Below, one piece after another: positions 25,007 to 37,488 of a DNA stretch of 64,000 nucleotides. The notes below the pieces were generated by a model. The model did not search any database and had not been told where the DNA came from. It saw nothing but the letters and a program-made list of their open reading frames with translations. The DNA comes from Lingula anatina (Eukaryota; Animalia; Brachiopoda). The DNA is taken from NCBI GenBank assembly GCA_051362555.1, contig CM120648.1:6072587-6136586 (forward strand). Reading direction: 5' to 3'. A program made the translations under genes and the position numbers. Numbering within the stretch: the stretch's first letter is position 1; the number at the start of each line of letters is the position of its first letter.

Positions 25007-26841
25007 GTGAGATTATGATGTAATCAGAATGTTTAACTTTTCTTTATTTTCATATTTTGAGAAGACATATGTTAATTAAAACAGAAAATTTTTATCAAAA
25101 TGAGCAATTTTCATGACCGATAACCATAATTTAAAAAATAAAAATAAATTGCGGAAAAATATATTTTTCATTGTTTCTATCTTTTGAATACCTTATAAAA
25201 ACTGAGAAATAAAAGAGACATTCAAAGTCTTCACCAAGGGGAAGCACTGATGATCAGTAGAATCAGAAACAGAACATGACAGGTTTTTGAATGTTGAATG
25301 CATTTTGCAATTGATGATATTAGTAGAATTTCTGATTGTGTTGTTTTTCACCCTTACAGACAGCATAATATCAGTTATTTTAATTCCACTGTCTATGACA
25401 GTACCCCTGGAAGCAATTTGCTAACCTTTGTCAGGTTAACAGCCCATGCATGGCTTCTTTTCCAGATTAGTGCGTGATATCGTATTGATGACAGGAAATT
25501 AGCTGAATATCCTGTAGTACTTTTTTTTTGTTTTACTAAAATTGTCATGTAGAAATGGTTATTCTTACCACATTGAAATAATTCAAGAATAATTTCTCTT
25601 TCCATGCTTTTTTTATACTTAAACATACGTTGTTATGTGAAAATGCAAAATCTTATAACAAAGAAGTATTTCAAGCAAAGTTTCTTCCCTAAGCAAATAG
25701 CTTATTTAATCCCGAATCCCCCCCCCCCCCCCCCCCCCCCCCCCATTCTCTGACATTTCTGTTTACAATTATGCTATTACTTTGGTTATAATGGCATTTG
25801 ATAGAGTTTTATCCAACATTTTATTGAAAGGAAAAACGATTCTAAAGAATTCAGTGGCAGTTAGATTGGTTATATTCCAAATCTCTCTCAGATTTTAATA
25901 AAAACATGAATCCTTTCATGGTGACATGTCAACTGCTCAGAATTAATTATAAATCACAGACGTAATCTTCTTCACGGGTATTAAAAAGAGCAGGAAACCC
26001 ATCATTGACAAGTTTCCCCTCAACAGATACAGTTGATTGGTTTCTCTTCCCCTCTCCAATCTCAGAAGCCATGGAACACTCTCTCTCTCTCTCTCACTCT
26101 CTCACTCATCACTGAAGCCATGCATGAGCTGGCTAACACTGTTCACAGCATAATACGATCCCAGTATTTGGAACCTGATAATATAATTTTGATTTGTGCT
26201 ATTCTTATTTCCTCCCTCTGCATTTGGGATTCTCAAAATTAATCAATTTATTCTCTTGATCATTATCTTTTTTCCTTGACATTGATGTCTGTCATATTTT
26301 CATGACTGAAAGACGGCAGAACCTTATGTACTTCTATCAAATTTTTGTAGTATAATTCTTTAAAAAATAAATACAAGAGAGAGAAAGGTAATTCTTAAGA
26401 ATATGTATTCCATTTGGACCCAGGTGTGAGTTTGTAAGATTGCACTCCTGTACTATAGATAATTCTTCATCTTAAATAACAATCTAGATTAAATGTGTTG
26501 TGGATGTATGTTAATTTAAGCCTGTTCACATTGCCTTGTACCTCTTACCAAATTTAATGGAAGAAAAGACTAGAGAAAAGTAGCTGTATTTCAAGGATGA
26601 AAGTATTCTCTTGGAAATGCCTTCAGCCTTGTCAGTGTATTATTACTGATTAATATCGTTTTTAACAAGGATGATAATATCCAAAATTTAAAAAAAGATG
26701 AAAATTTTTCATTACTCCCAGTTTTAAAAGACATTTTTATTTTGACAATTTTAAAAGTAGAGTCACTTCTGAGGTCAACTTTCTACCAGTATCTGATCTT
26801 CATATGATAGTTGTCATGTTAACTGTTGCATCTTTGCTACG

Positions 26842-26943
<102 letters not shown>

Positions 26944-28314
26944 ACAACAAGCCACACTGTTCCAATTTCACTAATGATACCCTTTATGTCATGGGAACTC
27001 TGGTGACATTACCCCAAAATTTTGATAATCATGTGGGTCCCACTCCCATTTCAGTCAAGGTTCGCCTTTCAAGATATTCACCCTCCTCCCATTTCCTCCA
27101 TCTTTTATTACACAGAGCAAACAGATTGTCCCATTGTTCCAGTTCCGTGATGCAGGCAATGTAGGTACCCTGGTGTGGGAGCTCTGCTGGCTAGGCAATT
27201 TATTCTTCAGTTTCCACTTCACAGCTTTTAAGCAGCCAGGCGCTGGTACAGCACACATCCACCGAGTGGAAACGCTCTGGATGCGTTCACCAGCCTCAGA
27301 AAGAGGCAGTCTGAAACCGCCTTGGCGACAATTGTCTCGACTAGTTGAGAGGTGCCGTTGTTTAAGAATTTGGATTGGCTCCCCACCCTCCTTGGGCACT
27401 GAGTTCAAAGTAAGTTGCATTAACAACGTGTTATGTATTGGCGAACTTGATTGCAATTATTACTGGCAATGTCTTACGTATCATATCTGTTCACGCTCTC
27501 TCTGTTCCAAGTGTGAACTCGGCCATAGACAGCCACAGAGTGGAAACGCTTTGAGTCGAGACAAAATGAATGAAGATTTGATGAGTTAGGGAGAATTTGA
27601 TCCCTCTTAAGTACTGTATACTTTTAATATCATTATGCACTGGATGGTCGCAGCTGAGCGGTTCTCCAAAGCGTGATGCAGAGTCCACTGATATGGTTTC
27701 TTTGTCAGGGACAACAAAGGGAGAAATGAAAAATCGTCAGGGTGACGGGGGAACGATGGAGACTGTTGTCTATTGTTAGAGATAGACCAAGAATTTCACA
27801 TTGTCACAGTTGAATGCCATTTGTTGATAGAGTTCCTGATGTTTGAAAATTTGAAAGTAAATTTTCTTACTCTCTTTTTGAAGTGAATAATGTTGTGTGT
27901 GATGCAAATCCCAAAGTGGAAAATGTTAGTGTTGTACTTAAATATTTTTTCTCTATTTTCTTTTTTTGCGTGGTTTCGTGGTAGGAACACGACCGCTGAG
28001 ATCGTTTCTTTGTTGCATGAAGGGCGTCACTGATCTTTAGTGAATAAAATGTGGTGAAAATATCAGTTACCTTTCTCATAAAAAGTTTGTTCACTGTATG
28101 CTTTGACATATAACAGAAAACCTATTTGTAATTTTACCTAAGACCCTCCCTGTCTCTCCCCTTCCCCACAACCCTCACAATTTTTTTCATGAGACCTAAC
28201 AAATAAATGAGGAATTCTTAATAAATTTAGTCAGAATATGTGTTTACTTTTAATTTGTGCATAGATTTGTCCTATGAATCACTGGACACTTCATTAAAAA
28301 TACTGTAAAGTCTT

Positions 28315-28377
<63 letters not shown>
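28315..28377. repeat. (GATA)n microsatellite
   Basis: Seen directly. Confidence 0.95.
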
Positions 28378-28659
28378 GTAATTGCAGATTGTTCTTACCC
28401 CTTGTGATTGATTCCTTGTGTAAAAGGAAGTAAAGTTTCTGTGAAAATGAAAATCAGATCATACTCTGGATCATTTTTGACACCTTTCAGGTATGAATCT
28501 AGTTATTGAATCACTCCATCATCATCCAAATGAAAATAAATGTATAGGTTAAAGGAAAAACAACAACAAAAGCTGTGACATAAGTGCGCTTCATTTCACT
28601 GGCAACCTTCTCCAAGGTAACAAAATTAAAATGAATGATTTATTCCTAATCATACTGCG

Positions 28660-29283
28660 TCATGCAAAAGCAGCGTTCCGGATCAGCAGTTTAATTTAAC
28701 TTCTCACCCCCTCGCTCCCCTCTTGTATGGCGAGACCTGTGCCGTTTGGCACCTGCACGCATCCCAGTGCGCACCAGTCCCCGACACCGCAACGCATCAG
28801 CGAAAACATTAATACATCTTCCACTTTATAAGTAACTTGAAACGGTGGACCAAAATTATACAGACTAACTAGGGCCTGGAGAACAGTCTTAACTTGAAAA
28901 CAGTCAACCGAAATTAAGGGACCAGAGACTCAGAAAACAAAAACTGGAGGAGGATGCTTCATTCTGCTTGATTCTGTTATCTTTCAAGGATGACAAAAAT
29001 TACCAACTAGGGACTTGAAGACTGAGAAGTTCTACAAAAGCTGAAGGGATTATTTTTTTAACGGCAATCTCCCAAGGCTGCTGTGAGATTAATTGGCTTG
29101 GTTAGACAACCTAGGAAGCCGTTAGAGCATGAAGTGTGCGATATGCATTCAGGCAGTGGTGCAGAGAAGCTGTCAGTGAACAGAATTCTGAGAGGACAAA
29201 AACATTACAGATTTTGAAGCGGAGATTTGTTTTGTACATCACCGTAACCAACTATTCTTTGAATTAAGGGGGAGAGAGAGTTG
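28660..29283 (+). promoter_or_regulatory. Candidate promoter and non-coding first exon
   Basis: CpG cluster at 28657-28845, then UTR-like sequence with short uORFs ending at TTG|GTAAGT (donor at 29284). Confidence 0.4.
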
Positions 29284-32200
29284 GTAAGTTGGGAGTGATA
29301 TTAACAGGGACACTGTATGATTTTAAGAATTGTATTTATTTTTGGAGAAAGGAAAAGATGTGCATTCAAGCGTGGAAGGCCAATGGTAATAGTACTAAGC
29401 TTACAGTGCATTTCAGTAACAAAAAATATGGGTGGTACGGTAGTTAGTTTGAAAGAAACCACTAAAGGTTCAGTGACGATAAGACACAAGGTTGATCCAA
29501 GTAATGAAAAACTGATGTTTTCCTCATTTTTTGAAATCTCAAATGAAAATTAAGGACGAGGAGGAAGAATGGGGTATTTCACTTTTCTTAGCCAGCTGTG
29601 TTTTCAGGCCCATGTTTTTACCGTGAGCAAGACAAAATGAGAAAAGAAATATGTACAAATATGTTTAAGTAACTCACTCTTCATCTTGGCTTTGGTAAAA
29701 GTTTTTTTATATATATATTATGGTATCATTATCATTACCAGAATTCCCAATGGAACCAATTTTGTAACCAATGTAATTATAAAAACAGAGGTAGGCAACC
29801 TTCAGTTTTCCAAATACAGTTCCAGTTGTTCTGAGGTCATGCAGTAATTGACTTTGTCAGGGAGCATTTAATGATGGTGATGAATAATGATCATTACAAA
29901 ATGTAGTAATTGTTTTTCTCATGGAACACATACCCATACATGAGGGAGAGCAAAGAAGAAAGGTTGTACTTGTTGCATCAGTGATTATATTTGTTTTTCA
30001 GACAGACGTATAAAGAGATTAATTACACTAAAATTAATAAGGTCAACCCAGTGCACTATTACATACTTGTTTTGATAATTATATTTTGTGTTCACTTCAT
30101 CTTTACTTCATTATGTTAATTGGTTAAACTTCATCATGGAAGTATCTTTTTTTTTTAGGTGGCATCAGTTATCCTAGTTATTCCCACCACTTTGTCTTAA
30201 CATCTAAATGTAATCATGAAACAGGGCAATAAATATTTATTTTCTTCACCTCCTGCAGTATCATATAAAAAGTTAAGCAACTTTTTTAATCTGATTTCTT
30301 GGATGTTGGGTCTGGCTGAACAGGTGCATGCATTAAACCTGGGGTTCATTACGACATGTGATGAGGGCGAAATAGCTTCAACCCCCCCCCCTTTTCACAC
30401 ACTGCCCAATCCCCACCCCACCCTACCCTACCCCAACCATCCTTAGCAACATGTACATGTGTTCAGATTTGAATGTGTCAACCGATTCCACCACAATTGT
30501 ATTAATAGATCAATGCAGGAGTAAGCATGGGGGATTGGCAAGGGGATTGGGGTGTACAGGGAGATTGGGGTACACATGGGGGTAGGTGAGGCATGGGGGT
30601 GGGGGTGGGGAAGGGACTCTCAGAATGGTGTAGGAAGATTAAGGGCTGTGTCATAGCTTAGAATAGTAAGCTAGGGGACCTGTATCTTCATAGTGAAAAA
30701 ATTACATGGTTATTATTGAAAAAAAATTAAACAAATCAGTTGTTTCAAATATTTCATTATTTCTAGATGTAAAATATTAAGTAACACGCACAGAAAAATG
30801 CATTGCTTTTAGAGTTTTTTTCTTACAGTATTAAGTAATATGATACAAAACATTTTTAAGCAAATTGTGATAGGTTATTAATTAATTTATTTATATTATT
30901 TACGTAATTTTTGGATACTAAGCAGCTGAAAAAGCTTTAGACATTAAAATGGCTTCAGGCTTCATAATACCTTTATCAAAGCAATCACAGTTTGTTAAGG
31001 AAGTTAGTTAAAGGTCAAATATAAAATGCAAGTCAAGTAAGTTTTAGTAAGCTAACATTTTAACCCTGAAAGTGACTTAAGACCTTAAGTTGACTTAAGT
31101 TAGTCTCGGTGTAACCACGCCTTGCAGTGACTGCACCAAGTCTCATTCAATGTCTTCCTGACAGGTATTGTTACCTTGCGACAGTTGAATCACTTTGAAC
31201 CCTTAAAGCTAGAGTTAAGCTGTAGGAAACTGAAAGCCTCTTATGCAGGATTCAATTTGGAGGGGGGGGGGGTTAAAAAAATTTATTTTATTTGTTATTG
31301 GCACAGTATATAATTATAGGCCCAGCAACTTGGGTTGTCCAGGTAGAGAGGACATCTTTGGGAAACTAAGGAACAGTAATATAAGAATGCTAGGTGATAA
31401 AGACATTAGAATTTGCATTCTTTATTGAAATCACCGCTGATTTATTTCAGTATATGTCATATATTTTTATCATATTGAATAAGTATTGAACAAGAACCTA
31501 TTACACAAGGAAGAGGAGAGACAGAGAGAGAATGTACATTCCTATGAAGATAGAAGGTGAAATTAAGTTATAGAAAATTGCCTTATCTTCAGTATTTTAT
31601 ATTTTAAAAAAAAGGAACAGCAGAAGAACATATTTTTACTTGAAATTTGTTTACTTAAAATATATCTGTTATTCATTATTACAAATTGGGGCAAGTTGAA
31701 ATAGAAGTATGGTTATCTGCAGAGACAGGTTTTACGGACCGGCTACAGTGCATGTTCACTGAACTCTATCCATGCGGCATGGGCAGCTGGAGGGAGGGTG
31801 ATGTAACAGCTTACATAATTGACATTTAAGACTCTAGGTGTAATCAGGTTTTGCTTTTCATGCTCTGCAGCAGGTGATCTGTAACAGGGTGGCATCCCAA
31901 GGTGCCGAGGAAATAATCTTATAATAATCGTTCACGTTTGTGGTCAGTTTGAGTCCGTTCTCCACACTAGATTACTGAAATTCTGTCTTAGTAAAAGCCC
32001 TCCTCTAACCAACTGATCATTTGTGTAAATCTGGTCTTATCAAGTTCTTAGAAATAGGACTAGAGGCACTGGTGATGCACAGCATATGTTTAAAAGTGTA
32101 GAATTTGTTTTGAATGTCTGGTTTGCTCATCAGATACGTAATATTACTTGTTTTGAATGATGTCATAGAACTAAAAGGGCTTTTGTATCTGAAATACTGT

Positions 32201-32749
32201 TATTTTATTAATGTAAGGTTTTGATGTTCATTGTTATCTTTTTTTCCTTGACTTAATTACAGCTAATTTAAAGGTTTATATCAGTATGGTAGGGTTTTAA
32301 AATTTTTGTTATTAAAACAGATAAGTGTCTAGCAATTGGTCTTGTGAATTGATATTTATTGGTTACAGTAATTACAAATTTCAGTGTTCATTTAAACTCT
32401 GTGGTAACATATATTGTAAGATTTTTAGTATATAATTTAACTTTGTATTACTTTGGATCATCAAAGTTTCTTAGTTAAATCCCTGCCCCTTTTCCAAATT
32501 TTACCATTAAATTGTCCAAAAATTATCAACAAATAAATTTGGTTTCATTTATTTATTTATTTTTTACTATGAAAAATGACCACATCACATGTATCAATTC
32601 AGGACTGAAATAAGACCGCGTCGGAACCAGTCACAGAAATCCCAGTGTGACCAGAGCCACGGTGAAAGGAGAAATGAATTTTCTTTCTACTTCAGTGAAG
32701 GTGCATGGTCTGAATAAGATGCTAGAAACCAAGGCAATTAAGTAAGCAC

Positions 32750-33183
32750 ATCCGTGAGCTTTCTTCTTACTGGTCACACAGAGACTAAGGAATATTTAAC
32801 AGTGGCTGGTCAGTGGAGTGGTCAGTTTAGTCAGCCATAACTGGTGGAGTTGTTTTTCAAGGCAGACGTACTTTAAGTTAAAGTTGCATTTAGGGTTTGT
32901 GGAAGTGGCGAGTTTTTTTTGGTCTGCCCGTCCATTCACCAGTGGATTGTTGTCAAATTAAAAGGATGTTGCTATTACAATAGTGGATGTTTTGCGCAGT
33001 GCAGGAAGGATTTGTATAGTAGGCAAGAGGCTAGAGACTTTTTCCTTGAATAAATACACTTACATAATATAGATTTGTGGATTTGATAGCTGATATTACA
33101 TTTGAAGAGAACCAACCTGGGCGAAGGACAGTTATTTTGGATATATCTGGCTAGCTGCAGTCATGAGGAAAACCAGTTGAAAA
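32750..33183 (+). other. Candidate non-coding first exon
   Basis: Higher-GC, UTR-like stretch ending at AAA|GTAAGT (33184), with an alternative donor CAG|GTAAAT at about 33203; AT-rich sequence follows. The 5' end is undefined. Confidence 0.3.
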
Positions 33184-33467
33184 GTAAGTCTTTGTAGAAC
33201 AGGTAAATTTTGTTCACTTCTGTTCTTTTGTTTTCTTAGTCCTCTTCTTGTTTTTCTTTTTAATATATATATAATTATCCATTTTGTATGTTGTTGTGAA
33301 CCAAGGTAATTGGTGTCCAGTTGGATTAATGCTTTACCTGTTGCCTCAGAGAGTATAGCAGTGTCTCAGTAAATTTTATAGTGATTAATGAATTGTAATT
33401 CCAAAATGATGGGTTCTTTATTATTCCCAAATTGGTGATTAGATGAATGAATTATTAATTACGTTTT

Positions 33468-33577
<110 letters not shown>

Positions 33578-35909
33578 CAGGGGACAAGGTAAATTTTCCT
33601 TATGAAGTAAAGTAATCTTGAATTAATTAATTTATGGCAGAGATTCTACCTTTAAAGTCTTGTAGTGATTGGTTTGGTCTTTCTGCATCTGTTCATTGAA
33701 TTTTACTTCTACAAATTTAAAACCCTTGAACAATGTTTTGATTTATTCAGATAAACAATTCTTTCAAAAACGTATTTTACCTTCTATGATGTTTTCTCTT
33801 TTCTGTTCTTTCCCCAATAAAATGTGAATGTCTTGATTATGGAAAATAAGTCAAAATTGTCATGCTCAGTGGAATCATCGAGAGCTAATAATTGGCATTA
33901 ATCAAGCCTCTAGGCAAGGCTGGCCATAGTGGACACTTGACAAGCACCTGCTTCTCCACTGACCGGCAATGACATCAGCAGTCTAATTAGTGTCCATTGG
34001 TTGTTATCAGATTTATTAGCCCTTGGTTGAACATATAGAAAAAGGAAGAAGGAATATTGCTGTCATTCTACTTCATCATTAGTTCTTTTTATTCCCCTTC
34101 AAAATAAGTGTGAAAATGAATGAAAAGGTACATTTTTTTGGTATATTTGATAGTTAGGTACTAGTAAGTTACTTTATGGCCGTAGGGAGTCACCCAGACG
34201 ACTCGTGATAAGGGCGTCAATCGCAAACCGCGTAGAACATGATAGGAAATGACGCAATTATTAAAGGTAGCTGGAGTATAGCGCCGTTAAGGGCTCAAAA
34301 TAAATAAAAACAATGAAAAATTTTACAAACGAAAAAAGATGAGAGAGTGACCAAGAAAAGGATCTCAATTGAGAAGCAGGCTACTTAATACAGTGAAAGC
34401 ACCACAGTGCTACAAAGAAATGTAAGTTTAATGATTCCAAAATTATGCATATGAAAAAACGTTAATTTTTCCCGGTTGAAATGATTGAGTCTTTACCGTA
34501 ATTATTGGGTCACATGTTAAATGAGATGGGCAATGATTAGTTAAGATGATGTAACAAGTGTTGTGAGGTTTGGTGTTGTAAGGGCTCCCAGGCAACTCCC
34601 TATGAACTGTATTGTATCGTAAATGGCTTTGTGTCTAGGGCCCCAACCTTGTATTTATGTATGTTTTTTATTCAGGGTTTTACAATATGTAAGTAGTCCC
34701 CTAGACTAAGCTGGTGAAAAATGCTTGGAGATAAATAATCATACATATACACTGGATTATCATTTATTATGCACATATCTCTATTTATCCAACTTTTCTA
34801 GTGCATTGATATAGAACTTTATAATAAGAGTAATAAGTAACAAGAGTGCTATTGGCTGAAAGATGTACCACTTTTTTTCCAAAGAGAACCTGAGGCATTA
34901 TGCCAAAGCTATCATAAGCACCTGTTATCATTATATTTGTAAAAGTAGTAGTAATAGTAGTAAACTTTTTTTTTCTTTTGAGGATAAAACTTTGGTAGAT
35001 ATTTATTTTATCTTCTCCAGTGCCTGATATTGATTGGTGTTATTATGAAGATTTAAATATCCTAGGATGCACTTCATACTTGGTCTTCAGAAGACTGCTA
35101 AGATTTTAAGCCAGAGATGAAGAATCTGGAAAGTTGCTAGGGAACTTTTTTTAGTCTGTTAACGTTAAGTCCCTGGAGCATGTTCTTATCATCTTCACAG
35201 TGATAACTATTTTGATTGGTGACATTTAAGTATGTCCAACTATAACATTTATTTTGAGTTAGTTTGTAAAATGGTCTTAGACCAATGCTGCATAGTCGGC
35301 TTTCTAATTTTAGCAATATGAGCTGAGCCTAAAAACATTTGGACCAATGTTTTCTTTTTTTAATATTTTTAAATAATTTCAAAAATTAAAAATTTTATTT
35401 CAGGTCTTATTTAGTCTATGTGTGAATAGTTGTACCATAATAAACAGATTGTGTGCGTGTACACGTGTCTATGTGTGTGTGTGTGTGTACATGTGTTTAA
35501 GATATATTCAATAAATCATTTAATACTAAAATGATTCAAATTCCCGATATTATTGTTCCAATATAAATATAAAAAAGAGAATTAAAATCAGAATTTCCAA
35601 AATTCATTACTGTTTGTGACCAAAATTTTTCTTGTGAGTAAAGCAAAATGATGCAATTTCAGAAAAAAAAATGAAAAGAAGAGAAAAAGATATTGGAAAA
35701 TGTAAGTGAAATGTTTGAGATATCTGAGGTATTATTATTTACATCATTATGATGATGAAGATGATGACGATGTTGAAGATGATGTAATCACCTTTGTCAA
35801 GCACTGATATTTTGACCCACAAAGCACAATATAGAATACTTTTTAAATACAATTTAATCACATTTATTTATTCATTCATTTATTTATTTATTTATTTATT
35901 TATTTTAAG

Positions 35910-36027
35910 GCTGGTTCTAGATTCGGATGAAGAAAGTTAGTTTTCCCACCCAACTGAGATGCAGATCTGAAGAATTTCAGACAGAAACAGTGATTGGGTC
36001 ACAGAGCAATAATGTTCATCCTGTAAA
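35910..36027 (+). CDS. Candidate 118-nt exon carrying a start codon (MKKVSFPTQLRCRSEEFQTETVIGSQSNNVHPV, phase 2)
   Basis: (TTTA)n..ttttaag| acceptor; ATG at 35927 open for 33 codons plus AA to |GTAAGT. Confidence 0.45.
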
Positions 36028-36877
36028 GTAAGTGAATGCATATTGAGCTGACAAGAAACACTTTTCCCTGGAGTTTCTCACTTGTTTCAAGGGTCATGCT
36101 TCATTAATTTTCTGCTAATTTTTAAAACTTGATACACCATTGATTAAGTGGTCCCTTGAGTTTGTTTTCTTTATCCTGAAAATGTTTTATCTTAACCATC
36201 CTTTATTTTTTTCTTCAAAAATTATGTCATATAGTCACTGATCTGACAAAAAAAGTTCACAAAAGAAGGAATTTGGAGTTAAAATTGTAAAATTATTTAT
36301 TTTTATTTTTTGTAGTGATATACAATTTTTTTTAATTTGTGACTGTTTGTATCATTTTGTATCTATTTCTCCAATTTTGACATGCTCCCCTTGGCAGGCC
36401 AGTGTGTATGTCGAGCATGATTATTCTCATGCTTCTTGCCCCCTACTGGCTGCAGTGAGGGGCAACAACTGAGTTGTGCGTAAAAACCCTGGCGTATGTC
36501 GGAACATTTTTGAATAATTAAACCTTACTTGGATGCAAAATCATGGTTCCCAATGACCCAAAGAGAGACTGGTCTTTTGTCAAGTTCTAACACGAATGAA
36601 TTTAGATTTTGCCTAAAGATGGTCATAATTTGATCAATTATCCCAACTAAAACAGAATGGCAGATTTAGTGATTGCTTTTCTTTTTTTCTCCCTATAGTT
36701 GACCACATTAGATGAACCCATTTTATGCATGAAAACATTCTCTTTCTAAAAAGTTCACCACTTTGTTGAATCATGTTTAAAAAAATATAGTAGAGTCTAG
36801 ATCCAAGTTAAGATGCAGAATGGACCCTTTTCTTGTCAAAAGAGTTCTTCTTTCAACCCCCCCCCCAGCACCATACA

Positions 36878-37046
36878 CAGGGGCAGGTCCAGGGATATTT
36901 TCAGACATTCTTCCAAATTTTCTTTCTTGATCCACCCTCCATTTTTGACCATCTTTCAACAGAAAAAAAAATTGGATACCCAACAATATAAACTTGAAAA
37001 TCTGACCATCTTCCAGAAGACCCAGATCCTACCTGAACCCTCCCTG
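36878..37046 (+). mobile_element. 169-bp MITE, family A copy 2 (more diverged)
   Basis: Collinear with 4811-4978 (e.g. AAACTTGAAAATCTGACC.TCTTCC.GAAGACCCAGA); ends CAGGGG...CCCTG; TSD degenerate (ATACA/TAACA). Confidence 0.88.
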
Positions 37047-37421
37047 TAACATTGAATATGAACTATTTTGAATAATTACATTATTTCTTTTACTGATTCA
37101 GAATCCTGATTTACCACATAGGTGGAATGTGTTTGATATGTAAAATAAAACCTGTTGCAAGAGTGAACGTTTTTGAATAATTAGATTGTATTCTGATGCA
37201 GGATCATGGAGTTGCATACCTAGGAATGCACCAAACTGTGACCATTTCATGGCAGTGATGCTTTCAGAAACAGAGTGCAGTGGTTTATTGGGTAAAAGTG
37301 GAAATTATTTCGGTGATTGTTCAGATTTGCATTCATTAGAATGTTGTTTTGTAGCTTTTGAGTGATGAGAGGACTGGAGTCAGCGTGAAGATTGTGGGCC
37401 AAATACGAAATGACAGCTCTC

Positions 37422-37428
<7 letters not shown>

Positions 37429-37484
<56 letters not shown>
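37429..37484. repeat. (CT)n microsatellite
   Basis: Seen directly. Confidence 0.95.

Positions 37485-37488
<4 letters not shown>

Noticed and set aside
31069-31122. CTTAAG-rich palindromic segment ending GTGTAACCACGCC (similar remnants near 13009 and 39711)
   Set aside because: Looks like a one-ended MITE remnant; no partner TIR or TSD was found.
34570-34750. Possible SINE or LINE 3' tail
   Set aside because: No A/B boxes, TSD or second copy in the window.
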